A DNA stretch of 64,000 nt from Candidatus Moranbacteria bacterium GW2011_GWC2_40_12 (GTDB lineage: Bacteria > Patescibacteriota > Minisyncoccia > Moranbacterales > UBA11712). The position numbers were made by a program, and so were the translations under genes. Where the stretch lies: positions 207,265 to 271,264 of the forward strand of contig LBYD01000001.1 of assembly GCA_000995965.1 (NCBI GenBank), read 5' to 3'. The notes under the pieces are model-generated. The model was not told the origin of the DNA. It saw only the letters and a program-made list of their open reading frames with translations, and searched no databases. Every line of letters starts with the position of its first letter. Positions within the stretch are counted from its first letter, which is position 1. Positions 46,394-55,880 of this stretch are shown here, one piece after another.

Positions 46394-47635
46394 CTATTCA
46401 TAACGCAGCGCTTCCGTGATATTCAGTTTTGCGGCTTTGCGGGCCGGGTATATCCCGAAAAAAATCCCAATACCCGCCGAAATGAAGACAGCCAAAAAAA
46501 TCGACGAAAAAGTGACGATAAACGGCCAATGATAGCCAAGTTTTTGGATAATCAGCGCCGCAAGAGCTGAAATCGCCACGCCCCCCAAAATTCCAACCGC
46601 CCCGCCAATCAGTGTGACCACCACAGATTCGATGAGAAACTGGAACAATATGGCTGAATTTTTCGCTCCTATGGCTTTGCGAAGCCCCACCTCGCGGATC
46701 CGCTGGTTGACCGAAATGAGCATCGTATTCATAATCCCCACTCCGCCGACCATGAGAGAAATCGCCGCGATGGCTACCAAAAAATATTTTATCGCTCCAG
46801 TCACATTCTCGATGGCATCAAGTCCCGCTTTTTGATCCCTGACGGAAAAGTCATCATCAGCCTCTTTTTTGATGCCATGCTGATCGCGGAGAGTGATGGT
46901 GACATCCGCTTTTGCCCGGTCAATATTGTCTTCACTGTCAACTTTGAGGCGAATGAAGTTGAGATAATCCACTCCGAGCATTATTTTCTGGGCCGTGAAA
47001 AGCGGCATAAAGACAGTCGTATCCTGATTGGAAAAAGCGGTTGAGCCTCTTTTTTTGAAAATTCCGATCACTTCAAAGCTCTGGTCGCTGATTTTTATTT
47101 TTTTTCCGACAGCATCGCCTTCTCCAAAAAGATCCGCGGCCACTTCAGATCCCAGAACCGCGAGGCGCGCGAGGCTGGTTTCCTCTTCCTTGGTGAAAAA
47201 ACGGCCGCTTTCTATTTCAGCGTTTTCGACATTTATATAACTGGCTGTTGTTCCTTGAAAAGTATAATTTTTATCTATTCCTTCGTATTGAACCGTATCG
47301 TTTCCGCTAATATACGCAGTTCCATCCACAACATTGGGTACATTGTTTTTTTGAAGAAGCGCTTTCATATCGTCGTATTTGAGGGTCGTGATGACTACTC
47401 CAAGAGCGCTTGCCGGCGGGCCTGATTCTTCCGAGGCTCCCGGCAAAACACCGATGAGGTTTGAGCCGACTCCGCGCACCTGGTCCAAAATAAGCTCCTG
47501 GGCGCTCGTTCCGATAGCCATTATGATTATCACAGAAGCAATCCCGATCACGATTCCGAGAATCGTCAAAAAAGAGCGGAATTTGGCAGCCATTAAATTC
47601 TTATATGCTATTTTTATCGGATCCGATAATCTCAC
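46394..47635 (-). CDS. ABC transporter permease, MacB/FtsX family (second paralog)
   Basis: Same architecture. Tandem with the previous permease. Confidence 0.75.
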   Translation of the reverse strand: MRLSDPIKIAYKNLMAAKFRSFLTILGIVIGIASVIIIMAIGTSAQELILDQVRGVGSNLIGVLPGASEESGPPASALGVVITTLKYDDMKALLQKNNVPNVVDGTAYISGNDTVQYEGIDKNYTFQGTTASYINVENAEIESGRFFTKEEETSLARLAVLGSEVAADLFGEGDAVGKKIKISDQSFEVIGIFKKRGSTAFSNQDTTVFMPLFTAQKIMLGVDYLNFIRLKVDSEDNIDRAKADVTITLRDQHGIKKEADDDFSVRDQKAGLDAIENVTGAIKYFLVAIAAISLMVGGVGIMNTMLISVNQRIREVGLRKAIGAKNSAILFQFLIESVVVTLIGGAVGILGGVAISALAALIIQKLGYHWPFIVTFSSIFLAVFISAGIGIFFGIYPARKAAKLNITEALRYE

Positions 47636-47753
47636 AACGATTCAATAAATATCAAAAAAGAATTGTGAATTTAGAACAAGAATACGGAATATAGAATTCT
47701 AGATTCGATATTCCGGATTCCCATTCACAATTCTAAATTCCCAATTCTCAATT

Positions 47754-48479
47754 CTATTTCAATAATTCTTCCTCCCCGTCGGCGATTCTTCTTTTTTTCA
47801 CCAGATAATCATTTTCCACCTTTCCGTCAAGCATCTGTATGATTCTTTTGGCGTGTTCGGAGGTATAGGTTTCATGGGTAACCATGACGATCGTATGGCC
47901 GTCGTTGTTGAGGCGCTGGAGAATCCGCATTATCTGGAGGCCGTTTTTTGAATCCAAATTTCCCGTCGGTTCGTCCGCGAGAATCAGCGCGGGGTCATTG
48001 ACCAGAGCCCGGGCAATCGCCACGCGCTGCTGCTCTCCGCCCGACAGCTGATTGGAAAAATTGCTGATCCTGTTTTCAAGATTCACCGACCGAAGCGCAT
48101 CGTGAACTTTTCTGTTCAGAAGGCCGCGGGATTCCTTCCTCTCGTCATAAAGAAGCGGCAATTCCACGTTCTCAAAAACTGTTGTCCGGGGAAGAAGATT
48201 GAAAGACTGGAAAACAAAGCCGATTTTCTGGTTTCGGAGAAAGGCCAAATCGTCGTCCGAAAAATTTTTTGTATCTTTTCCCTGAAAAAAATACTCACCG
48301 TCCGTCGGCCGGTCCAAAAATCCGAGAAGCTGCATCAGAGTCGATTTTCCGCTGCCGCTCGGACCCATGATTGATACGAATTCCCCGTCGGCTATGTCAA
48401 AAGTAACCCCGCAAAGGGCGCGGGTGACAATGCCTTCATTGTCGTATTCTTTGCAAAGATTTTTGACTGAAATTAACAA
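47754..48479 (-). CDS. ABC transporter ATP-binding protein (MacB/LolD-type)
   Basis: Walker [10 protein letters not shown], signature [15 protein letters not shown], Walker [12 protein letters not shown]. Confidence 0.85.
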   Translation of the reverse strand: MLISVKNLCKEYDNEGIVTRALCGVTFDIADGEFVSIMGPSGSGKSTLMQLLGFLDRPTDGEYFFQGKDTKNFSDDDLAFLRNQKIGFVFQSFNLLPRTTVFENVELPLLYDERKESRGLLNRKVHDALRSVNLENRISNFSNQLSGGEQQRVAIARALVNDPALILADEPTGNLDSKNGLQIMRILQRLNNDGHTIVMVTHETYTSEHAKRIIQMLDGKVENDYLVKKRRIADGEEELLK

Positions 48480-48573
48480 AAGTAATTGGTAATTTGTAAC
48501 TAGTAATTGGGAAAAAATCGGAAAGCAAATATCCGAATTACGAATTGCTAATTACGAATTACATGCACAAACA

Positions 48574-49887
48574 TTATTTTGTCGAAGTAATCACCTGCTC
48601 TCCTTCCCTAAGCCCGCTCACTACTTCTATCATCCCCCCGTCCCCTTTCATTCCGGTTTTCACTTCCCGCTCGGACGCCTTTTTGTTTTCAAGAATCTGG
48701 ACGAACTTTTTTCCTTCAACGTCTTTCAACGCCCGCTCCGGAATTTGGAGGACACTCTTTTTTTCCGCCAATAAAATGTCTATATCAGCGCTCATCCCGT
48801 CCTTGAATCTTGAATCATCGCTGTCCATTGCGAATTTCACGATATAATCAACAACATCCTGGACCACGGTCGCCGAAGGATCAATGGAGACAACGGCCGC
48901 TTGGAATGTTTCATCCGCAGAAAATGCATCGAAAGAGACGCTCCCTTTTTGGCCGACTTTCACTTTTGCGATATCGGATTCGGGGACTTTCGCTTCCAGG
49001 ATGAAATCATAGGAAATCATTTTGGCGAACGAGTCAGTCGAAGTGGCGCCGATCACTTCACCGGTTTTGAAGTTCACTTCCTTTATCATTCCATTGGCTG
49101 GAGCGCGAAGAGCCGCTTTTCCAAGATTATTTACGGCGGTTTCATAGGCCGCTGCAAAACTTGCCACATTGGCGTCTTTTCCGGCTCTGACATAGTCGGA
49201 CTGATTGGCATCCAAGGCGGCTTCGGCCGTGTCCAATTTGTTTTCGGCCGAAGTTTCAGCCAAGTCGGCTGTCTGGTCGGCAACATCCAGCGCGTCCTTG
49301 GCCTGCTCGTAGTTTGCTTCGGCAGTGTCAAGGGTAAGCTTGGCCGATTTTGTAACCGAGCTGTCCGACCCGTTTTCATCTTTTACTTTGTTATAAAAAG
49401 TCTGGGCGTCATCGTAATAATTTTTCGTGTCGGAGACTTTTTGCTCGGCGGAAGCGATATTTTTCTTGTTGAGGCTTTTCGTGTCATCCAGGAACTTTTC
49501 GGCGTTCTCGACTTCAACTTTGGCGCTGTGGATGCTGTCAAAGTTCATTCCGGCATCGGCCCGGGCTTTTTCAAGATTAGCCCTGGCCTGGTCAACTGCC
49601 AGCTGCAGGCCCGTGTTGTCAATGGACCCGATGATGTCCCCTTTCCCAACTTTTTGCCCGACTCTGACGTCAACCGAGCTTACTCGCCCCGTTGTCTCAA
49701 AATTGAGCGCGATTGTGTCGTTGGCTTTGAGCGTCCCGGAAACTGAAACGGTTTCTTTGAGATCGCCAAATACTGCTTCAGAAGCGGCATACTCCACCGT
49801 CGGCTGGCGAAGGACGGAGAAATAAACAGCCCCGCCGAGAAAAGCAACTGCGAGCAAGGTCCAAATTATAGTTTTGCGCTGAAACAT
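48574..49887 (-). CDS. efflux periplasmic adaptor (HlyD/MacA family) with long coiled coil
   Basis: N-terminal TM, an extended alpha-helical hairpin, and a C-terminal beta-barrel. Confidence 0.65.
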   Translation of the reverse strand: MFQRKTIIWTLLAVAFLGGAVYFSVLRQPTVEYAASEAVFGDLKETVSVSGTLKANDTIALNFETTGRVSSVDVRVGQKVGKGDIIGSIDNTGLQLAVDQARANLEKARADAGMNFDSIHSAKVEVENAEKFLDDTKSLNKKNIASAEQKVSDTKNYYDDAQTFYNKVKDENGSDSSVTKSAKLTLDTAEANYEQAKDALDVADQTADLAETSAENKLDTAEAALDANQSDYVRAGKDANVASFAAAYETAVNNLGKAALRAPANGMIKEVNFKTGEVIGATSTDSFAKMISYDFILEAKVPESDIAKVKVGQKGSVSFDAFSADETFQAAVVSIDPSATVVQDVVDYIVKFAMDSDDSRFKDGMSADIDILLAEKKSVLQIPERALKDVEGKKFVQILENKKASEREVKTGMKGDGGMIEVVSGLREGEQVITSTK

Positions 49888-49908
49888 AATTTATAATAAT
49901 TCCAATTT

Positions 49909-50682
49909 TTATTTTATGCTGAATTTCACTCTGCTTAGTCTTTCTAAATCGCTGAATATCATGTTTTCGATGGTATCCAGGTTTTCCATTCCGAAGATGT
50001 ATTTTTTTTCGGCTGCAAAATATTGGCCCTCTTTTGCCGCAAAATCCTCATGCGCCGCATCCAGATCAGACATGTTTTCCGTTTTCATTGCCGCAACGTC
50101 TTCTATTTTTATGAGAAAAGAATTCATGGATTCTTTAAGGGCTTGGGCTTCCAGCTGGAGGCTCTGCGGCAAGACATCAACGTTCACTTTGCTACCCGTT
50201 TCTCTGGCTTGTGCGATAATATTTTTCATTTCGTCAAGCGAAACATTCTCCTCTACCTCCCCAAAAACCGCCGAAACTTCAAAAATTTGATTCTTATAAT
50301 CGATAATTCCTTTGAGATCAGTTGCTTCCCATGCCAGTTTTGAATAGTAATTTTCCGCCAGCTCCTTCGTGTCCTCTGCCATTCTTGGGGCGTTGAGACT
50401 CGCGACTTCTTTCTTTGCCGCTTCGGCTTCATTGATTATGGCCTCGAGTTCAGCAGAAAATTGTTTTGATTCATCGCGGATCTGGGATATCTCTTTTTTG
50501 CTGTTGTTCCGGAAGCTCGCTTCGATTTTTTCAATTTGCAAAGCGAGGTTGTGCTTTGCCTGGATCTGGGAGACTTGCCCGGCAAAACTCCGGATTTTTT
50601 CCCCGTTTAAAAAGCCGTAGGAAAAAGTCGCCACAGCGGCAAAAAGAAACACCAAAAGAAAATAAAGAATGAATTTTCTCAT
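49909..50682 (-). CDS. hypothetical membrane-anchored coiled-coil protein
   Basis: N-terminal TM followed by a helical domain. First gene of the efflux operon. Confidence 0.4.
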   Translation of the reverse strand: MRKFILYFLLVFLFAAVATFSYGFLNGEKIRSFAGQVSQIQAKHNLALQIEKIEASFRNNSKKEISQIRDESKQFSAELEAIINEAEAAKKEVASLNAPRMAEDTKELAENYYSKLAWEATDLKGIIDYKNQIFEVSAVFGEVEENVSLDEMKNIIAQARETGSKVNVDVLPQSLQLEAQALKESMNSFLIKIEDVAAMKTENMSDLDAAHEDFAAKEGQYFAAEKKYIFGMENLDTIENMIFSDLERLSRVKFSIK

Positions 50683-50741
50683 TGATATAATTATGCTTCA
50701 GGAAAAAAGAAAAAGCAAGAAGGGCTTGATGATGAAAATTG

Positions 50742-50813
50742 CACGGGCGCCAGGATTCGAACCTGAAATAACAGTTTTGGAGACTGTTGTGATAGCCATT
50801 TCACTACGCCCGC
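50742..50813 (-). tRNA. tRNA-Trp (anticodon CCA)
   Basis: Acceptor GCGGGCG/CGCCCGU, D-arm GUGA-AAUGGCUA-UCAC, anticodon stem ACAGU/ACUGU with loop CUCCAAA, T-arm UCAGG-UUCGAAU-CCUGG. Confidence 0.8.
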
Positions 50814-50895
50814 GTTTTATGAATATGGGTTATGAACGCCAAAAACAATTTGGAACAAATTTATTCCTAATTTATAAATCCTAAATCTAAAAAAC

Positions 50896-51054
50896 CTACA
50901 CCTTCCCCTCTTTGTGCGGGGTGTGCTTCCGGCATTTTTTGCAAAACTTTTTGAGACCAAGCTTTTCTTTGATTTTTTTCTTGTTGCGAAAAGTGTGATA
51001 GTTCACTTTCTTGCAAACTTCGCACCTGAGTGTCACGAGATTGTCTTGAGACAT
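50896..51054 (-). CDS. rpmG: 50S ribosomal protein L33 (52 aa; not in ORF track)
   Basis: Manual translation: MSQDNLVTLRCEVCKKVNYHTFRNKKKIKEKLGLKKFCKKCRKHTPHKEGKV (CxxC ... CxxC Zn ribbon). The classical rpmG-tRNA-Trp linkage is present. Confidence 0.8.
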   Translation of the reverse strand: MSQDNLVTLRCEVCKKVNYHTFRNKKKIKEKLGLKKFCKKCRKHTPHKEGKV

Positions 51055-51198
51055 AAAAAATTCAAAATTAAAAAATCAAAATGGAGAATGACAATTGAAA
51101 ATCCAAAATGGGAAAATGATAAAGTGATTTTGATATTCGAGAATTTAACACTTTACATTGTCATTTTGAATTTTGATATTTGCATTTTACATAAACTG
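51055..51198. repeat. AT-rich imperfect-palindromic repeat, copy B
   Basis: aatgacaat ... attgtcatt inverted pair, and tcattttgaattttga ... ttttacat shared with 23367-23509. Confidence 0.4.
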
Positions 51199-52083
51199 TC
51201 AGTCTATTCTTTCCCACGTATTTAGCTCCGGATCATATTCGAATGAAGCTATGAAATCATCCACGTTTTCGTATTTGTCTGTCCCTGTTTTGAGTTCAAA
51301 ATCGTCTTCTCCCATTTCCCAGTATGCCAATGACTTGATGTCATATCCGCCTCCGGATTTCGCGGCAGTTTCGAGCAGAACTTTTTTGGCAGTATCTTCT
51401 TCTATCTCAGAATTCTCGTCATCTTCGATAGAATCATAGTATTCCACATAAACATTGCGCTCGTCAACAAAATCCACTGTGAGGACAACCCACTTTTCAT
51501 ATTTCGCTTTTTGGGGCACGACGGAATTGATATTGGTCGCCAGCCAGTTCATAAGCGTTTTTCTGCTCTCAATAAGGTCTTTATCCGTTTCCGCTCCCGC
51601 GCATTTCACCTGAGATACGGCAATTTCATTTTTGGCCGCGTTTTTGAGGCCCTGCACCTCCACCTCGCGATCCTCGAAATAATCTAGCTTGAAAAGGTCG
51701 CTTCCGGTCAGTCCGGAACTTTCTGTCCCTTCGATATAATACCGGTAGCTTTTGAATTGGGAAGGCGTGTCGTCCGGATAAACTTTCCGAAGTTTTCCGG
51801 AAACATTTGACGTATCGCCCGACTGATCCGCAATTTTGAGCCATTCTCCTTTTTCGCAAATGGCGTTGTAGTCAGTTTCGTCCTCTTCGCTGAAGATTTC
51901 ATCGTCTGCCCCATCGCCCGAAAGAATGCTTTCGAGGCTGTCAGCGGCATTTTCTCCGTCTTTAGCTTGAGGTCCATTCGGGAGATTTTTCCCCCGGTTG
52001 CCGAAGCTTTGGTACCAAAGAAATCCGGCAAAGATGAGAGCGACTGCGACAATCCCTCCCCAGATGAGTTTTGATTTGTTCAT
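51199..52083 (-). CDS. secreted acidic hypothetical protein
   Basis: N-terminal signal anchor. No recognisable domain. Confidence 0.4.
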   Translation of the reverse strand: MNKSKLIWGGIVAVALIFAGFLWYQSFGNRGKNLPNGPQAKDGENAADSLESILSGDGADDEIFSEEDETDYNAICEKGEWLKIADQSGDTSNVSGKLRKVYPDDTPSQFKSYRYYIEGTESSGLTGSDLFKLDYFEDREVEVQGLKNAAKNEIAVSQVKCAGAETDKDLIESRKTLMNWLATNINSVVPQKAKYEKWVVLTVDFVDERNVYVEYYDSIEDDENSEIEEDTAKKVLLETAAKSGGGYDIKSLAYWEMGEDDFELKTGTDKYENVDDFIASFEYDPELNTWERID

Positions 52084-52155
52084 GTGTTTTAGTTTTACAT
52101 ATTATATATGAAGTATAAAGCATATTTGTTTTTTTTCAAATGCCTCCAGCATTTG

Positions 52156-52338
52156 AGCCCACGAGCAGATTCGAACTGCTTACCTGCTCCCTGCCATGCC
52201 TGCCCGCAAAGCCTGAGCCGATGACCGGATTTGAACCGGTGACCTACTCCTTACCATGGAGTTGCTCTACCAGCTGAGCTACATCGGCATTATGCGAAGG
52301 CAGGCGGGGAGCTGCTCTGCCAAGTGAGCAGCACGGGC
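52156..52338 (-). other. interrupted tRNA-like gene: 5' half 52338-52308, 3' half 52190-52156, 117-nt insert containing tRNA-Thr
   Basis: 5' half GCCCGUG-CU-GCUC-ACUUGGCA-GAGC-A-GCUCC. 3' half GGAGC-AGGUA-AGCAG-UUCGAAU-CUGCU-CGUGGGC-U. Acceptor and anticodon stems are complementary. A flanking GCCUGCC/GGCAGGC helix is present. Confidence 0.45.
52216..52288 (-). tRNA. tRNA-Thr (anticodon GGU)
   Basis: GCCGAUG-UA-GCUC-AGCUGGUA-GAGC-A-ACUCC-AUGGUAA-GGAGU-AGGUC-ACCGG-UUCAAAU-CCGGU-CAUCGGC-U. Confidence 0.85.
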
Positions 52339-52486
52339 ATGCTGTTTTTTTAGCCAAGTGCCGTGCCTAGCCGCAGTTTCAGTGGAGACGGGAACCGCAC
52401 AGGCGCTTCAACGCAAAAATATATTAGCACGGGAAAAAAAATTCAACAATATGGCGCGTTAGGCAATTTATTGCTATAATTTTGTC

Positions 52487-52966
52487 ATGGTCATCAAATT
52501 TGTGTATACAATTTTTCTCGCTCTGCTCATCGCTCTTTTTGTGGGGCTTGGGATCAGCGCTTTTTATTCCGGTCCGAAGGAACCCTTGTATCCTGTGGAA
52601 CTCGAAGGCGAAAAGCCGGGCTGTGAAGAAACTGTGGAGCTCAGAAGCATGCGGGAAGAATTCAACCGTTCCCAGCGCGATTTCACGGAAAAATTCAAAT
52701 TATACAGCCGGAATGTATCGATAATTTCCATCAGCGCCGCCATTTTGATTCTTATCGTCAGCCTCACACTTCTTTCCAAGATAAGGATGATCGCCGATGG
52801 GATCCTGCTCGGCGGAGTTTTCACGACCGTTTATAGCATCATCCGCGGAGTCATGAGCGAAGACACGAAATTTCGCTTTTTGATCGTGACAATCGGGCTT
52901 CTCATCGCTCTCGTTTTAGGTTATATAAAATTCATCAAGCCGAAAGAAGAAGCCGAAAAAAAATAA
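52487..52966 (+). CDS. hypothetical integral membrane protein
   Basis: 159 aa with four predicted TM helices. Confidence 0.4.
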   Translation: MVIKFVYTIFLALLIALFVGLGISAFYSGPKEPLYPVELEGEKPGCEETVELRSMREEFNRSQRDFTEKFKLYSRNVSIISISAAILILIVSLTLLSKIRMIADGILLGGVFTTVYSIIRGVMSEDTKFRFLIVTIGLLIALVLGYIKFIKPKEEAEKK

Positions 52967-53058
52967 TCTTTTTTTGTATTTAAACAACCCCGATGTTTCT
53001 TCGAGGCTGTTTTTTTATGCATATCTTCATTTCTGGCAAAAGGTCAGCCAATGCCAAG

Positions 53059-54012
53059 CTAGAGAATTGCGACATCGCAACTTTCATTGCATGCGCACAT
53101 AAATGCCCCATTATCCCCGTTATAAGTTGTATCGGCATTGCATCTGAATTCCGAACCCGGTGTCCGGAATTTGCAGGAATTTTCCTTGGTGCAGGTTGAA
53201 CCTGAGCTTTGCTGCGCGGCCACTACGCTAAACCCGCTGTTCACCGTCATCGTTCCCCTTTCCCACATATTTCGATATCTCACTTTATTTCTGTTGGTCA
53301 CGCTGTATTTCAGCCGATTCTTGTAGGTCAGGCTGATATTGTAGCTGCCAGCCGCCAATTTTCCATATTTGAATTTGGCCCTTATGATCGTATCTTCCCC
53401 GGATCTGGCAACCCGGGTGATCACGGCCTTTTTATTCCCCACTTTGAGCTTCAGCCATTTTTTGTTTTTGAAGGATTTTCCCAAGACAGTCAGGCTGAAA
53501 GTGGTTTTCGAGCTGCTTCGAGTTGATTGAAAAACTTCCACAATTCCGTCATTATCGCCGTCTGCGTCGTTCACCTGGAACGAAGGATGGATTGTTATCG
53601 CATCTTTGAGAGTATAATGCGCGTTCGGCGTGACGCCGCTGTCGAAAACAGTCAGATCCTGGCTGTCCTGGGCGTGCGTTCCGGCGGGAATGGTCGCCAG
53701 GATCGTCGAATCATCGGGAACCGAGATATTGCTTAGCAAGACAGAATCGTCAGTTGTGTCTTTTGAATCGTCCTCCCACGAACCGAGCTTCACGCCAATT
53801 GTTGTAATATTTGAAAAACCGGATCCGGTGATCGTCAGCCCGGTTGCCACATCATTATTCATTTCTGTCGGAGTGACGGAAGAAACCGTGAAAGATGAAT
53901 TGTTTTCGTTGTTCGCGTTGTTTGAGCTCTTCTTTTTATTGTTTTTCGCGCCTGCGAATGAGGGCAGCGCTATTGCCAGCGCGAGAACAAAGACCAGAAT
54001 TTTTTTCTTCAT
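53059..54012 (-). CDS. secreted hypothetical protein with Cys-rich C-terminus
   Basis: Signal peptide MKKKILVFVLALAIALPSFAGA, Asn/Ser-rich region, and six C-terminal Cys. Confidence 0.4.
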   Translation of the reverse strand: MKKKILVFVLALAIALPSFAGAKNNKKKSSNNANNENNSSFTVSSVTPTEMNNDVATGLTITGSGFSNITTIGVKLGSWEDDSKDTTDDSVLLSNISVPDDSTILATIPAGTHAQDSQDLTVFDSGVTPNAHYTLKDAITIHPSFQVNDADGDNDGIVEVFQSTRSSSKTTFSLTVLGKSFKNKKWLKLKVGNKKAVITRVARSGEDTIIRAKFKYGKLAAGSYNISLTYKNRLKYSVTNRNKVRYRNMWERGTMTVNSGFSVVAAQQSSGSTCTKENSCKFRTPGSEFRCNADTTYNGDNGAFMCACNESCDVAIL

Positions 54013-54287
54013 TTTTTTGTTGAATTATTATTTAGCGTCATTTATATCATTATACACCCGACAAAAAAACGAAACAACCTTTCGAAAAGCGGTTTTTTTC
54101 GCAAGCCAGTTTGGGAGCGGACCGGCTAGACCAATTTCGAAAAAAAATACACCGCCGCCGCCACTGAATAGGCCACCTGAGCGGCAATCACCGCGATGCT
54201 CCCCAGAATCACGCCCAATCCCGCCTTGAGAGCCGCGCTACCTTTTTTCCCGCATCAATGCGATCATTCCTGCTTCAAATCTGCCGG

Positions 54288-55016
54288 TCAAATTCCCGGC
54301 GTCGGATTCCCGGCGAAAAAATCAACGGAACAATCATTTGTATCCTCATCCTTTGGAATTCTTAGCAGGGAGTTTCCAGGACCAGAGGGATTTGTATGCG
54401 AAATAACTCCGCTGTAGCTTCCACTCCCATATGTGACGACGTCAATAGTTTTGTTTTCTTTATCCAAGAGCAAGACTTCGTCACCTGAATTTGCAAGATC
54501 CATATATCCCCCCGCCCATGAAGTATATTTTTTCATATTCGGAACGGCTGTGTCAGATTCCACCCACTCGAAATCAGGCGAAATTTCGAAAGCATCCTTG
54601 AATGCGGCCGCTTTTCTCGCGATTATCAAATAATTGGTTGCCTTTATTATCGCGCCTGAGGGAAACTCATACATTCCCTCGCCATCTCCTTCTTTCTCCT
54701 CATCTCCCAGCTTATATGCTTCCTTGAATAAATCGATATCATCTGAAGTTGGATTATACAGCTTAATAAATTCGAAATTGTCTCCGTCGCTAGGATTATA
54801 ATAAACTTCACTGATCATAAGATAGAATTTATCGTCTGCCTCTTCCTCCCCCCACTCCCCCGCCTGAAATTCATTACCCTCGCTTTTTTCCGAGTCTGAG
54901 GAAATCGCCACCGTGCCGCTGACTTCCCCGAAGCGGAAAGCGAAAGACAGCGTCAAAATCGCGAAGCTCAAAAGATATAGCGGTCGGACAAATTTTTTTC
55001 GGATGCGTCCCGGCAT
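54288..55016 (-). CDS. secreted lamin-tail-domain (LTD) protein
   Basis: ISEVYYNPSDGDNFEFIKLYNPTSDDIDL ... WAGGYMDLANSGDEVLLLDKENKTIDVVTYG matches the LTD consensus (EV..NP ... E(L/F)IEL.N ... GW.L ... GD.V.L.D). Confidence 0.5.
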   Translation of the reverse strand: MPGRIRKKFVRPLYLLSFAILTLSFAFRFGEVSGTVAISSDSEKSEGNEFQAGEWGEEEADDKFYLMISEVYYNPSDGDNFEFIKLYNPTSDDIDLFKEAYKLGDEEKEGDGEGMYEFPSGAIIKATNYLIIARKAAAFKDAFEISPDFEWVESDTAVPNMKKYTSWAGGYMDLANSGDEVLLLDKENKTIDVVTYGSGSYSGVISHTNPSGPGNSLLRIPKDEDTNDCSVDFFAGNPTPGI

Positions 55017-55111
55017 TTTGATTTTTCTTAAACTATTTTTTTACCCTGTTAAATAATTTCACGAAGTATGATTGCTGCTTTGCAGTTTAAAAGGGGCGAA
55101 TTTCTTTATCC

Positions 55112-55813
55112 CTAAATTATTTTTCTGCGTTTTATTTGATTTTGGTCATCTCTCCCCGGACTTCTCCTGACAAATTGTTCTGAAGGCGCTTGAGGATGAT
55201 CTTTTGTCCCGGGAGCTTCCGCGTGCAATCCAGCGCCCAGAGATTCCTCTTCGATAATGCGGATCCGGTCCTCGACATTTTCCGGCGCGGCTTGTTTTTC
55301 TTTCTTTTCCCGCCGGCTCCGCCACTTTTTCGTTATTTCCTCTTTTATCTTATACAGCTCTTCATAGATGATGATGGTCGCCGGAATGATCACGAGCAGA
55401 ATGAATCCGGTTTTCGTGCGAGCGTATCCAATCGGGTAGCCGACATAGGGCAAATTGAAAATAGTTTTTCCGACCACATTTTGCCCGCTGGTTTCCTCCG
55501 GATCCGCTTCCTCGTTCGCATCTCCCTTTGTGCGATAGGTTGCTTCCCCGCCGCTGCCTTTTTTTTCCACCACCCGGTGAGTCACGGTATTTCTCCCGGC
55601 TTTTATCGTGATCACATCCCCCACGCCGTATTCCGGAGCGGATTTCACGAAAATCAAACTTCCCATTGGCACTTTCGGCTCCATCGAACCCGATTGCACG
55701 GTGAAAATCTTATAATTCCCAGGAATCGGCAAAAAAGTCCCCGCGACCACCAGGAGAAACAGGAACAAAACCGCCAGTATCAGATTGTAGCCTATTTTGA
55801 AAACTTTTTTCAT
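55112..55813 (-). CDS. SipW-type (ER/archaeal-type, S26B) signal peptidase I
   Basis: N-terminal TM, catalytic Ser box SGSMEP, His box VTHRVV, and GDAN box. Has a His rather than the Lys of LepB-type enzymes, plus a C-terminal TM and a basic tail. Confidence 0.65.
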   Translation of the reverse strand: MKKVFKIGYNLILAVLFLFLLVVAGTFLPIPGNYKIFTVQSGSMEPKVPMGSLIFVKSAPEYGVGDVITIKAGRNTVTHRVVEKKGSGGEATYRTKGDANEEADPEETSGQNVVGKTIFNLPYVGYPIGYARTKTGFILLVIIPATIIIYEELYKIKEEITKKWRSRREKKEKQAAPENVEDRIRIIEEESLGAGLHAEAPGTKDHPQAPSEQFVRRSPGRDDQNQIKRRKII

Positions 55814-55880
55814 TTTTAAGGCCGAACCTTAAAAAAAATTATAACCAATTTTTAAAACCTTTTAAAACATCCTTGCCTAT

